Below, one piece after another: positions 29,333 through 38,264 of a stretch of DNA of 64,000 nt. Source of the stretch: a virus; the IMG/VR virus record IMGVR_UViG_3300033485_000002, positions 32,001-96,000 of that record; one strand, written 5' to 3'. Below the pieces are notes generated by a model. The model made no database searches. It was given only the letters and a program-made list of their open reading frames with translations, and was not told where the DNA came from. Position 1 is the stretch's first letter. The number at the start of each line of letters is the position of its first letter. Both the position numbers and the translations under genes were made by a program.

Positions 29333-31960
29333 ATGGACGAAATGGAAGAGTGGGCCACGCTAGAGCTGGCCATGGCAGAACTGGGTGTCAAACACATGCG
29401 CGACCTGTTCGGGGGGAACATCCCCGTCGCGCAGGTTCTGCAAGGAATTGCGGCTGGCTTGGCCGACTGCGATGTCACGGTCGTGGTAGACCCGAAAGTG
29501 ACAGTTCCGCAGGCGATCCCGAGCCAGAGAAAGATCCTTCTTCCAGCCCACGTGAAGTCGGAGCGGGCGTTGCTGATCGTGTCCTGGTATCTCGATCATG
29601 AGACCGGGCATATCATCTTCACCCCGCCGCCCGAGAACACCGTGGAAGGCTGGAAGCAACAGTCCCGTATGCTCGATGTCTGCAAGGCAAAGGGCTATAC
29701 GGAGATCCCGGAAGAGCTGATCAAGACGGCGCACTTCTTCCTCAACTGTGTTGAGGATGCTCGCGTCGAAAACCTGATGGTACGCCGGTTTCCGGGGTGC
29801 AAGAAGCACTTCATCGGCGGGCCGATTGCGTTGGATCTGCAAGATCCGTTCACGCCGACGCTGGAGAAAGCCAAGGAGATCCAGGCAGCGAACAACCTGC
29901 CGCATCCACCGCTGAATCCGTTCTTCGTCGGAGAGTTGCACGCGAATGCGCTTCTGAACGGTAAGCACGGCCAGTTGGACCGGGACTATATCCGGGGAAT
30001 CGCGCCGCCGCATGTGAGCTGGGTGCTCGATGCAGTGGACGATACCTTCGGGGATATCCGGGATGTGTGCGCCGTGACGTTGGAAGATCTGGCAGCGCGG
30101 GTGGATAAGGTCATGGCGCTTATCCTGGAGAAAAAGCTCCCGGATATGAGTGAGGCCGAAGAGAGCGAAGGCGATCAGGAAGGCGAGGAGCAGGGTGGCG
30201 ACGATCGCTTTGCCGAAGAGTTCGCCAAGCCCAAGAAGGGCAAGAAGAGCAAGAAGGGCAAGAAGGGAGACAAGGATGAGCAATCCGATAGTGACTCCGA
30301 TGGAGCAGATGAAGCTGGAGAAGGAGATTCTGACGAATCTGAGTCCGGAGACGGAAGCGATAATGATGCTGGTGCAGGAAGCGTGGGAGACGAAGATGAG
30401 TCAGATTCGGAAGGAGAATCGGACTCTGAGGGAGGAGAAGGAGACGCTGCTGGCGAACATGATGGCAGCGAGGAGGACGATGAGGATTCTGAAGACGATG
30501 ATTCAGAATCTGATGGCGTATCCGGGGCCGGAGATGACGAAGACGATTCAGATGAAGGTGATTCGGCGTCTGGGGGAGACGATGAAGAGGGCGACGACGG
30601 AGATGACGAGGATGACGCCGATGAAGATTCTGGAGACGACGGCACCGAAGGCGATGACCAAGATGATGAAGGAGATCGAGACGGAAGCGAAGAAGGCGAA
30701 GAGGACGCTGAGGGAGATGGAGAAGACGAAGAAGAAGTCGCTGCCGAAGGCGATTCCGACGACGCGCTGACCGGAGACATCAGCAAGCAGGCGCAGTTCG
30801 ATCAGTTGATTGAGTGGGCGCAGGATGCTCAGACGGACATGGCGCAGCTCATGCGAGAGGCGCAGGAAGCGGAGGAAGCGGCCAAGCAGCAAGCGGCTGT
30901 AGAGTCGAACAGCGCCACAGCCGGTTCACCGAGTATGGAGCATGCCCCGGATGCGGAGGGGATGCCTGACGAGTATCTGGCACGGTTGGACCCCGGAGTC
31001 GGGGTGGTCGTGATCGCGGATCAGGATCTGGACGCACTGGTTCAGGATGATGACTCCGCCTTCCAGGAGTATGACCGGTTTATCCAGGAGATTATGCCCC
31101 ATGATCTGGGGCCAGCCGCTCGGCGGCTGATGGGCAAGTTCAAGAGCGCACCGGGCAAAGCGTGGCAGGGGAATCGGATCAACCCGAAGATGCTGCAACC
31201 GATCATGTCCGGACACGCTCATGGCCGACCGCTGTATCTCCGACGCCAGGAGACGGTGCAAAGCAAAAAGGGCGTGGTCGTCATGCTGTGCATCGATTGC
31301 TCAGGCTCGATGATCTCGGATGTGCCGGGGTTGAATCTCCCGAGACCGCACAACTCCAAGTTCGCGATCTCGCACGCAGCAGGCCGGGGGATCGCTCGGC
31401 TATTGCAGCGGATACAGGTGCCGTTTGCGGTGATGGGCTACACCACCGATACGACGAACAACAATCGTCGTAACTATAACGCATCGAGGCAGATGGACAT
31501 CGTCAACTTCTTGTTCAAGGATTTCCACGAGCCGTGGACGACTTGTGAGCAGAAGATGCTGGCGATGAACGCTTTCACTCGCACGACTTATAAGGGCCGG
31601 TATATCTATCCGGAAACCAATTCCGATGGTGAGTCGCTGCTGTGGGCGGCGACACAGATCATCACCCGACCGGAGGATCGGAAGATCATGATCGTGCTGT
31701 CGGATGGGCTGCCAGCGGCAGGGGACTACACGATGCAGTCCAAGTTCCTGAAGTGGGCAGTGCGCCGGATCGAGATCGCGGGCATTCACATTGGAGCGTT
31801 GGGTATTGGAGATCGTGGTGTGACCCACTACTACCGGATGTATGAACTGCTGGATGTGTTCCCCCAAGGTTGGGGAGACAAGCACACGGCACCGTTCCTC
31901 ATCCAGGAGAAGCTGATCACACTCATCGATCGGTTGGCAACGGACCAGACGGGGAGCTAA
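29333..31960 (+). CDS. cobT: CobT-like protein: N-terminal HExxH domain, long acidic linker, C-terminal vWA
   Basis: DHETGH and NCVEDARVE; D/E/G/S tract of about 200 aa; MIDAS IDCSGSM and LSDGLP. Confidence 0.82.
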   Translation: MDEMEEWATLELAMAELGVKHMRDLFGGNIPVAQVLQGIAAGLADCDVTVVVDPKVTVPQAIPSQRKILLPAHVKSERALLIVSWYLDHETGHIIFTPPPENTVEGWKQQSRMLDVCKAKGYTEIPEELIKTAHFFLNCVEDARVENLMVRRFPGCKKHFIGGPIALDLQDPFTPTLEKAKEIQAANNLPHPPLNPFFVGELHANALLNGKHGQLDRDYIRGIAPPHVSWVLDAVDDTFGDIRDVCAVTLEDLAARVDKVMALILEKKLPDMSEAEESEGDQEGEEQGGDDRFAEEFAKPKKGKKSKKGKKGDKDEQSDSDSDGADEAGEGDSDESESGDGSDNDAGAGSVGDEDESDSEGESDSEGGEGDAAGEHDGSEEDDEDSEDDDSESDGVSGAGDDEDDSDEGDSASGGDDEEGDDGDDEDDADEDSGDDGTEGDDQDDEGDRDGSEEGEEDAEGDGEDEEEVAAEGDSDDALTGDISKQAQFDQLIEWAQDAQTDMAQLMREAQEAEEAAKQQAAVESNSATAGSPSMEHAPDAEGMPDEYLARLDPGVGVVVIADQDLDALVQDDDSAFQEYDRFIQEIMPHDLGPAARRLMGKFKSAPGKAWQGNRINPKMLQPIMSGHAHGRPLYLRRQETVQSKKGVVVMLCIDCSGSMISDVPGLNLPRPHNSKFAISHAAGRGIARLLQRIQVPFAVMGYTTDTTNNNRRNYNASRQMDIVNFLFKDFHEPWTTCEQKMLAMNAFTRTTYKGRYIYPETNSDGESLLWAATQIITRPEDRKIMIVLSDGLPAAGDYTMQSKFLKWAVRRIEIAGIHIGALGIGDRGVTHYYRMYELLDVFPQGWGDKHTAPFLIQEKLITLIDRLATDQTGS

Positions 31961-31969
31961 GGGGAACAT

Positions 31970-33829
31970 ATGCGCTCACTGTCAGTGACCCAGGGTGTTG
32001 TACTGGACCCGTTTTCGATTCTTGCCTCGGGGGTGATGCGCCAGCATGGAGGGCTGAAGATCACGGGCGATCTGGACTGCCTGCACGGAGAAGCCAGATT
32101 CAAACAAGCGTTTGTCAATGCGTGCTACTTCGCTGAGTCGATGACCGTGGTAGGACCGATCGCTCAGCTTATCCAGGAGCATACGGACCCTGCAACGCAC
32201 GCAGCGCTGGCATGGCGGGCAACTCCGACGACTGGGGATAACCGTGACTTCTTCAACCAGTTGAAGCAGTTCATGGCCCAGAATAACCTGGACAAGATCC
32301 CCTCGGATCTGATCTTCGGTTCCATGTCGGACGTGGACTATCGGCTGCATACGATGCCGGATGTGACGTTGGGGCATAAGCGCAACGACTATGGCTCGGA
32401 TGACTTCCAGTCGAGGCTGTTCGAGCAGCTCTTTCAGAGCACGTGGCGGCAGTTCCGGATCGACTCTAGAGCGCGGGCTTTGAGGCCGAATCTGGACCAG
32501 TCGTTCTTCACGTATAGACCGGAATCGATCATTAAGGGCAGTCCGGTATCGGCACTGATGGCGGTGATCTTCACCTTCAAGAAGCCGGTGGGGCCTCTGG
32601 CGGTGGGAGAGCTGACCAATCTGGCATCGTGGCCACCCGTGGTGTTCCTGCTGCCGGTGTTGGCTCCGGCGTTCGCTTCCATTGATGATGACGATGTCTA
32701 CCATAGCCCAGCGGGGGCAGTGGTCCGGAATCAACCGGCGATGATGACCTATCAGCTCCGGATTCCGGAGAGCAACAAGGTGAGGAACCATACGCTGCCT
32801 TATGGTCAGCCGTATCGGTTGTCCTCGGTGCATTCGTGGGGCAAGGAGCCGGATACGCTGCGGTCGCTGTCGGACGTGTTCAAGGCTCTGTGGTCGCAGG
32901 CCGCGCAGTACTCAGCCTGGAATCTTCGGTATGAGTGGGACGCGAAGGCGACCTCGTTGCCGGTCGGAGAGCTGGCTCTGGATCCGATCGGAGCCGGTCG
33001 GCGTATCCGGAGTCATAACCGGTTCTCCGGCAGGTATCCGCTGCACGCTCCGGCGATGCTGTGGGAGACGGGGATCTATAGCGTATCGGGAGGTAGTGCT
33101 CCGAGGCTGTGGGGTTGGGAACCTGAGCGAGGTGAGAGTCAGTACATGGATTTCGTTCACCGAGCGCATCTGTTCACGAATCAGCTTCGCTCGTATCGTA
33201 GTGGTGGTGGCAAGGAGTTCCTGTTCGTCTTTCCGAGCTACTTCCAAGAGGAAGTGAGCGATCACTTCCTGCCGACTGCTATCACCTTGGCTCGTTGGAT
33301 GCTGGTGAAGCACGCCGGGTTGGAGGACTTCGTGGACGGGCATGTTGTTGCCACGAATAAGCCGGGGGATGGTGGAGCCACAGCGGAAGAGCTGGCGGCT
33401 GACCCGGAGCTGGAGCCTGGGGTTGGCGGACGGTCTCTTGCGGATCGGCTGGCCGATCACCTGGGACAACAGAATATGCAGAACGAGGGTGCGCTGCCGG
33501 TGCATCGGGTGAAAACGCCTATCGGTTTCGATAAGACCGGTGACCCGACTGTGTTCGGGCTGGCGGTTGATACGACTGCCGAAAACGTGATGCACTATCA
33601 CGAAGCGCACAACGGTATCAACATTACCGACGAGAACCTGGAGAAGATGGTCAACGGTGTCCAGGTCCAGGGTAACTTCAAGTTCCTCGATGCTTTCTGC
33701 TCCAAGAGCACGAAGGATCTGACGGACGTGTTCGCCACCGTGAGCAAGAAAGCCGTGTCGAAGATGCGGGCTGGCGAACTCGTGGACGAGAGCATGGTGG
33801 TCGATCTGTTCGACGACATGCTGGACTAA
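31970..33829 (+). CDS. Hypothetical protein (619 aa)
   Basis: Long ORF directly following the cobT-like gene. Confidence 0.75.
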   Translation: MRSLSVTQGVVLDPFSILASGVMRQHGGLKITGDLDCLHGEARFKQAFVNACYFAESMTVVGPIAQLIQEHTDPATHAALAWRATPTTGDNRDFFNQLKQFMAQNNLDKIPSDLIFGSMSDVDYRLHTMPDVTLGHKRNDYGSDDFQSRLFEQLFQSTWRQFRIDSRARALRPNLDQSFFTYRPESIIKGSPVSALMAVIFTFKKPVGPLAVGELTNLASWPPVVFLLPVLAPAFASIDDDDVYHSPAGAVVRNQPAMMTYQLRIPESNKVRNHTLPYGQPYRLSSVHSWGKEPDTLRSLSDVFKALWSQAAQYSAWNLRYEWDAKATSLPVGELALDPIGAGRRIRSHNRFSGRYPLHAPAMLWETGIYSVSGGSAPRLWGWEPERGESQYMDFVHRAHLFTNQLRSYRSGGGKEFLFVFPSYFQEEVSDHFLPTAITLARWMLVKHAGLEDFVDGHVVATNKPGDGGATAEELAADPELEPGVGGRSLADRLADHLGQQNMQNEGALPVHRVKTPIGFDKTGDPTVFGLAVDTTAENVMHYHEAHNGINITDENLEKMVNGVQVQGNFKFLDAFCSKSTKDLTDVFATVSKKAVSKMRAGELVDESMVVDLFDDMLD

Positions 33830-33842
33830 GCAGGGGGATAAC

Positions 33843-34751
33843 ATGGACACCTCTCTGGTTCTTGGTCGAACAGGATCGTTTGACGAGGAGACAGGGCTGT
33901 TTGTCCTGACAGGCGGGTATCCCGATTTTGGCTTAACGCCGGAAACGGTGCGTGCTATCGGTAAAAGCCGGGATGGGGTGGAGATGAACTCCACCCTTCC
34001 GTTCATGGACAATAAGCTCCAGACCAAGAACAACGTGATGTTTGTCGATCAGACGCCGGGTGCTTTCAAAGATCCGGTGAAGTTTGCAGGAGGGCTTAAG
34101 ACACTCATCGACCATTGCGAGCGTGTTGCGGTTCATAAGGGAGTTTTTGCACTGGATGTTTCTTCAGACTCGATGTTTTATCGGTGGGGCATCGCGAAGA
34201 TCGCAGAGCGCCGGTACGTGACTGAGTGGATGGGGTTGTTGCCCCCAGAGCATGTACTAAAGGTGATCCTCAAGCAACAGGGGGTGGCAACGAAGCGTAC
34301 CATCCTCTTTGCGACTGGTGTTCCACCGTCAGCCGGTGGCCGGATGTGGTTGGTGTCACCACACGGTTTCCCGTGGTGGGGTGAGCAGTCCAAGGTGGTC
34401 CTCGACATGGGCGGCTCGACTGATATCGAGCAGGCTATGATGATGAATAAGTTCTTGTTCCTGCTTGTCCCACATGCCGTCCCGATGATCTCCGGTCACC
34501 GGAAGCTGCAACAGGATGAGCTAAATCCACGAATCCTCTGCTACGACAGTTTTGACGAAGGGGCTTACCCTCTGGAGGTGGATAGCTTTTTGGCTAAGGT
34601 GATCCAGAGCAGCACGACGTTACAGCAGGGAGCCGATCGCTTGCGGTGGCTGTATGAGAATGCAGCGGCAGGGGCCGGGGTCGCCGCCCAGGCCCAGGAT
34701 TTCGGGGTGGACCACGCCTTGGCCCTGCCCGAGAACGACGAGATGTGGTGA
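33843..34751 (+). CDS. Hypothetical protein, possibly degenerate vWA-like
   Basis: FALDVSSDSM loosely resembles a DxSxS motif. Confidence 0.6.
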   Translation: MDTSLVLGRTGSFDEETGLFVLTGGYPDFGLTPETVRAIGKSRDGVEMNSTLPFMDNKLQTKNNVMFVDQTPGAFKDPVKFAGGLKTLIDHCERVAVHKGVFALDVSSDSMFYRWGIAKIAERRYVTEWMGLLPPEHVLKVILKQQGVATKRTILFATGVPPSAGGRMWLVSPHGFPWWGEQSKVVLDMGGSTDIEQAMMMNKFLFLLVPHAVPMISGHRKLQQDELNPRILCYDSFDEGAYPLEVDSFLAKVIQSSTTLQQGADRLRWLYENAAAGAGVAAQAQDFGVDHALALPENDEMW

Positions 34752-34754
34752 GGT

Positions 34755-35366
34755 ATGTCCTACGCAAAGACGTATAAGGCTACGTTTCTTGAAGATATCA
34801 GTCAATTCCCCAGGGTTTGGAACTATGGTCAGTACCGGAGCAACAACTACGGTGAGCACACTGTGGCGGTGTCGGTTGGTGGAGTAGACTTTTTCTATAG
34901 CTACAAGACGCTGGTTGCGTTTTCTGATGATAAGACTCTTGTTGTGCATAGCAACAATTGGACCCGAACAACCGGCAAGCACCTGACCTGGATCAAGCGA
35001 GCACGTCCAGCGGGGATGCCTTGCATTACTGCTGATCATCCTACATTCGTAGCGATGCTCTATAACCTGTTGAGAGCAACAGGGTTAGTCGCCCGCAACT
35101 ACGCGAAGAAGGTGCCTTGTAGGGTTCAGGCGTTGGAGACTGGGGAGATTATCGATGGGAATATCCCGTCAGCGGTGACCCTGACCCCTGGGCGAGCGTA
35201 CGTACGAGATCAGGAACGGAAGATGGCGAAGGCAAAGGAGAAGGAGGAGGAGAAGGCGCGTAAGCTGCGCCTTAAGCTCCGGAAGGAACGGCGGTTGGAG
35301 AAGAAGCGACGGGAGGAGATGTTTTCGGGGTTGATGCCCCTTGAGATAGTGGAGGAAATGCTGTGA
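34755..35366 (+). CDS. Hypothetical protein with basic C-terminal helix
   Basis: FFYSYKTLVAF...WTRTTGKHL motif of a type I recall from phage accessory proteins. Confidence 0.65.
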   Translation: MSYAKTYKATFLEDISQFPRVWNYGQYRSNNYGEHTVAVSVGGVDFFYSYKTLVAFSDDKTLVVHSNNWTRTTGKHLTWIKRARPAGMPCITADHPTFVAMLYNLLRATGLVARNYAKKVPCRVQALETGEIIDGNIPSAVTLTPGRAYVRDQERKMAKAKEKEEEKARKLRLKLRKERRLEKKRREEMFSGLMPLEIVEEML

Positions 35367-36154
35367 GCCGAGTGGCACTGGCAGAGGCAGTTGAGCAAGG
35401 GCTGGAGAATCCGTTCACGACCGAATATCTGGAAAAGGAAATCCAGTTTTACAACCCGGTGCCGTATGCCAAGGATGGGTTGGTCCTCAAGCTCAAATCG
35501 ATCAAACACCCTGTCCGCATCGATGAGTACCTCAACAAGCAGATGGTGTGTGAGGGACCGGCTATCCCGATCCTTACGTTTGACGGTACGATCTGGATGA
35601 GCCTGACGTGGCTGGAAGTGGAGTCGCATTGGGTACCGTTCCAGACCTTTGGCGGGGATATCCTGGTTGGTGGCCTCGGGATGGGGTATGCGGCGCTTCG
35701 GTTCGCGGCGATGGAGCATGTTGATTCCGTCACCGTGTACGAGACGGACAAGAGGGTGATCGACTTCTTCCAGGCTACCCAAGGAGATCGCCCGGAGCAG
35801 GCTAAGATCCGGGTTATCCACGAGGACATCCACAAGGCCCAGGGCCGCTACGAGTTCGCCTTTATTGATATCTATCCGACGCTATTGCCGGATGAGCTGC
35901 TGAGGGACGCGAGGTTCTTCTGTGAGAGCCGTCCTGGTCTGTCGATCATGGAGACTCCCCACTTCTGGGGGCAGGAGCTTGCGTGGCTGACCCTGATGCA
36001 GCGGCGGGTGTACAAGCCGTTTAGTCTGTCCTATGTCGAGCGTATGTTCTTTGAGTATTGGTGGAAAACAGATAAGCCTGATCTTGCCCGTGAGATCGAG
36101 GATGTTCGCTTCTGTTCATCTTTGGCGAAGGTGATGAGCAGGGTGGAGGACTAA
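35363..36154 (+). CDS. Class I SAM-dependent methyltransferase/spermidine-synthase-like protein
   Basis: ILVGGLGMGY, VTVYETDKRVI and FAFIDIY. Confidence 0.72.
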   Translation: MSRVALAEAVEQGLENPFTTEYLEKEIQFYNPVPYAKDGLVLKLKSIKHPVRIDEYLNKQMVCEGPAIPILTFDGTIWMSLTWLEVESHWVPFQTFGGDILVGGLGMGYAALRFAAMEHVDSVTVYETDKRVIDFFQATQGDRPEQAKIRVIHEDIHKAQGRYEFAFIDIYPTLLPDELLRDARFFCESRPGLSIMETPHFWGQELAWLTLMQRRVYKPFSLSYVERMFFEYWWKTDKPDLAREIEDVRFCSSLAKVMSRVED

Positions 36155-36155
36155 G

Positions 36156-36356
36156 ATGCCGAATACGTCCAAGCCATGGCGCGTGCAGTATCAGCATCCT
36201 TGTCAGGGTTGTGGTAAACCAACTGAATATGTGTGGTGCCAAGAGTGCTGTGACAAGGGTTTGGCAAAGTGTCCTCATGGGAACAAGGCCGGAGAGTGTG
36301 ATGCCTGTGACCGAGAGGGCGACTTTGCCTATGACTCAGGGAGGGAAAGCCGATGA
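36156..36356 (+). CDS. Cys-rich small protein
   Basis: CxxC x3. Confidence 0.6.
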   Translation: MPNTSKPWRVQYQHPCQGCGKPTEYVWCQECCDKGLAKCPHGNKAGECDACDREGDFAYDSGRESR

Positions 36357-36904
36357 GCAAACGGCAGGTGCTGGTCGAATCGATCACCGAGTGCCTGATC
36401 AAACGTGATCGAGTTGAACTAAACATCAAGCTCTATGATGAGAACCTTGCGACTGTCAATCTTACCAGTAAGAATAATCCTGGTGGAGAAGCATGGGATT
36501 GGGCGCAGGGGAATTGGCCGGAGTTCGTGCCGGAGGAGAAGGAGTTCGAGCTGATCGCCAGTGATGGTAGCCTGGTGAAGGTTAAAGCGCCGGTTAAGTG
36601 GGTGTGCGTGACGGGGGTGGTCGATCCTAAAACTCGCAAGTCCTTGCCGATCGAAGAGTTGCGCGAGAGCCATGCCAGCAACAGAAGGTGGGGGGCGGCC
36701 AAAAGGGGACAGAAGGTCAAGCCGGTCAAGGTCAAGGAGCCAGTCCCACTTCAGGCCCAGAAGACCAAATCAAAGAATTCCCCGAAGGGGAATTCTTTGG
36801 CTAAGACCCCGAATAAGCTGGCCCCGGCGGAGGACGTGGGTGAGGTGGATTTGCAGGCGCTGATTGATGAGAGGGTGCAGGAAGTGATGGGAGAAGAAAA
36901 TTAG
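36353..36904 (+). CDS. Hypothetical protein
   Basis: ATGA-coupled ORF. Confidence 0.65.
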   Translation: MSKRQVLVESITECLIKRDRVELNIKLYDENLATVNLTSKNNPGGEAWDWAQGNWPEFVPEEKEFELIASDGSLVKVKAPVKWVCVTGVVDPKTRKSLPIEELRESHASNRRWGAAKRGQKVKPVKVKEPVPLQAQKTKSKNSPKGNSLAKTPNKLAPAEDVGEVDLQALIDERVQEVMGEEN

Positions 36905-36933
36905 TGACAACAAGAAGAAGGTGATGGTATCCT
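36904..36933 (+). promoter_or_regulatory. Putative promoter giving a leaderless polymerase mRNA
   Basis: GTGACA-18 nt-TATCCT with extended TG; ATG at 36940, no SD. Confidence 0.5.
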
Positions 36934-36939
36934 ACGGTT

Positions 36940-38193
36940 ATGGCTAATCTTACTCCCATCTACGATCACAATTGCACGCTCTGCCCCTTACATAAAGTGC
37001 CGGGGGTTACTTGTTTGTCCGGGATCGGCAACCTGGACGACCCGAGCATCCTTATAGTGGGGGATGGGCCGTCGAAGCAGGAGGTGCTGCTTGGTCGGGC
37101 GTTCGGCGATGAGCGGGGTAGGCTGCTCGCTCAGTCGCTCGATGAGATCGGTTTCCCCATCGGGCCTAAAGGCGATGTGTTTGCTACCTACGCCGTTAAG
37201 TGCTTCCCGTCTGGTAAGGTAAAGGTTAAGGATGCCAAGATTTGCGCGGCGAAGTATCTCAACCAGGAGATCGACCTTTTCCGCCCGAAGTTGGTTATAG
37301 CGCTGGGTAAAACCGCCCAATATGCCGTCTTGGGTAGTACTGCACCTATCTCTAAAACTAGGGGCAAGCTGTTCCCCTTAGTTCGTACCGACGCAGCAGG
37401 AAATGAGTGGACAACCCAGGTCATGCCGGTGGATCATCCATTCTCTATCCTCACCACACCGGCCAAGCTGGACCCGTGGCTCGCTGATCTGCGGCGGGCT
37501 AAGGCGGTGTTTTATGGCGACGGAAATCCTTACTGGTCGCCGGAGAAGCTGGAGCGGTTTGACTTTAAAGTGATTGATTCTATCGCGCAGTTCAAAGCAG
37601 TTGCACGGGAGCTTATTGCCAAGCACAGGGGCGAGTACCTAGCTATCGACATTGAAGCTAGTGGTGTTGATGAGGCTATGAACGATGATGACTTTCGGGT
37701 TTTCAGCTTGCAGTTCGGGCTTATAGATTTGGAGGGGCGCGAGGAACATCCGGTCTACTTCCTACCCATCCAGTCGGCGGGGTTCCCGTGGACATCTGAG
37801 GCTAAGTGGCTGGATAATACCGCCCGCCTGCTGAATCGGTTTCTGAGCACGGACTACTTCAAGCTGGTGGGGCATAACCTAAAGTACGATTTGAAAGCGC
37901 TTAGACGGATTGGTGTAACTGAAGCATATGCCGTCTATGACACGCTGATGGCATGGTCAATTGCACATGGTGAAGCACCGTTGTCTCTGAAAACAATTGC
38001 TTACGAGGTTAGTGATTTAGGTGGGTACGAAGTCCTTATGGATCAGTACTTTAAGGAGCACGGTACTTATGACGCCCCCCCCGAAATTCTAATCTCGTAC
38101 AGTTGCCTTGATGTTGTGCTTGTGCGCTACCTTTTTAGTGAGCTGTACAAAACGATCCTTCAAGAGAAAAAGCGTGTTAACATTGGAGTATGA
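36940..38193 (+). CDS. polA: DNA polymerase part 1: family-4 UDG-like domain plus 3'-5' exonuclease
   Basis: CTLCPL, IVGDGP..QE, VKCFP, LVIALG and HP; ExoI IDIE, ExoII GHNLKYD, YDTLMA, ExoIII YSCLD. Confidence 0.85.
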   Translation: MANLTPIYDHNCTLCPLHKVPGVTCLSGIGNLDDPSILIVGDGPSKQEVLLGRAFGDERGRLLAQSLDEIGFPIGPKGDVFATYAVKCFPSGKVKVKDAKICAAKYLNQEIDLFRPKLVIALGKTAQYAVLGSTAPISKTRGKLFPLVRTDAAGNEWTTQVMPVDHPFSILTTPAKLDPWLADLRRAKAVFYGDGNPYWSPEKLERFDFKVIDSIAQFKAVARELIAKHRGEYLAIDIEASGVDEAMNDDDFRVFSLQFGLIDLEGREEHPVYFLPIQSAGFPWTSEAKWLDNTARLLNRFLSTDYFKLVGHNLKYDLKALRRIGVTEAYAVYDTLMAWSIAHGEAPLSLKTIAYEVSDLGGYEVLMDQYFKEHGTYDAPPEILISYSCLDVVLVRYLFSELYKTILQEKKRVNIGV

Positions 38194-38204
38194 GCTATTG
38201 TCAT

Positions 38205-38264
38205 GGCTGGGTGCGGTGTGGCGAGGCCAGGTAGGGTATGGCATGGTGTGGCTCGGCAAGGCAG
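38205..38264 (+). repeat. Array of 12 GGY-NN pentamers (candidate VIPR-type guide RNA)
   Basis: GGCTG GGTGC GGTGT GGCGA GGCCA GGTAG GGTAT GGCAT GGTGT GGCTC GGCAA GGCAG. Intergenic, with a possible extended -10 TGTTAACAT at 38175-38183. Confidence 0.85.

Noticed and set aside
30175-30786. Minus-strand Ser-rich ORF, and other long antisense ORFs such as 15004-15963, 16627-17607, 28205-29176 and 32912-34033
   Set aside because: Shadow frames of GC3-biased or acidic + strand genes.
28343-31960. Cobalamin biosynthesis
   Set aside because: No cobN or other cob genes; the pair is better read as a generic AAA+/vWA module.
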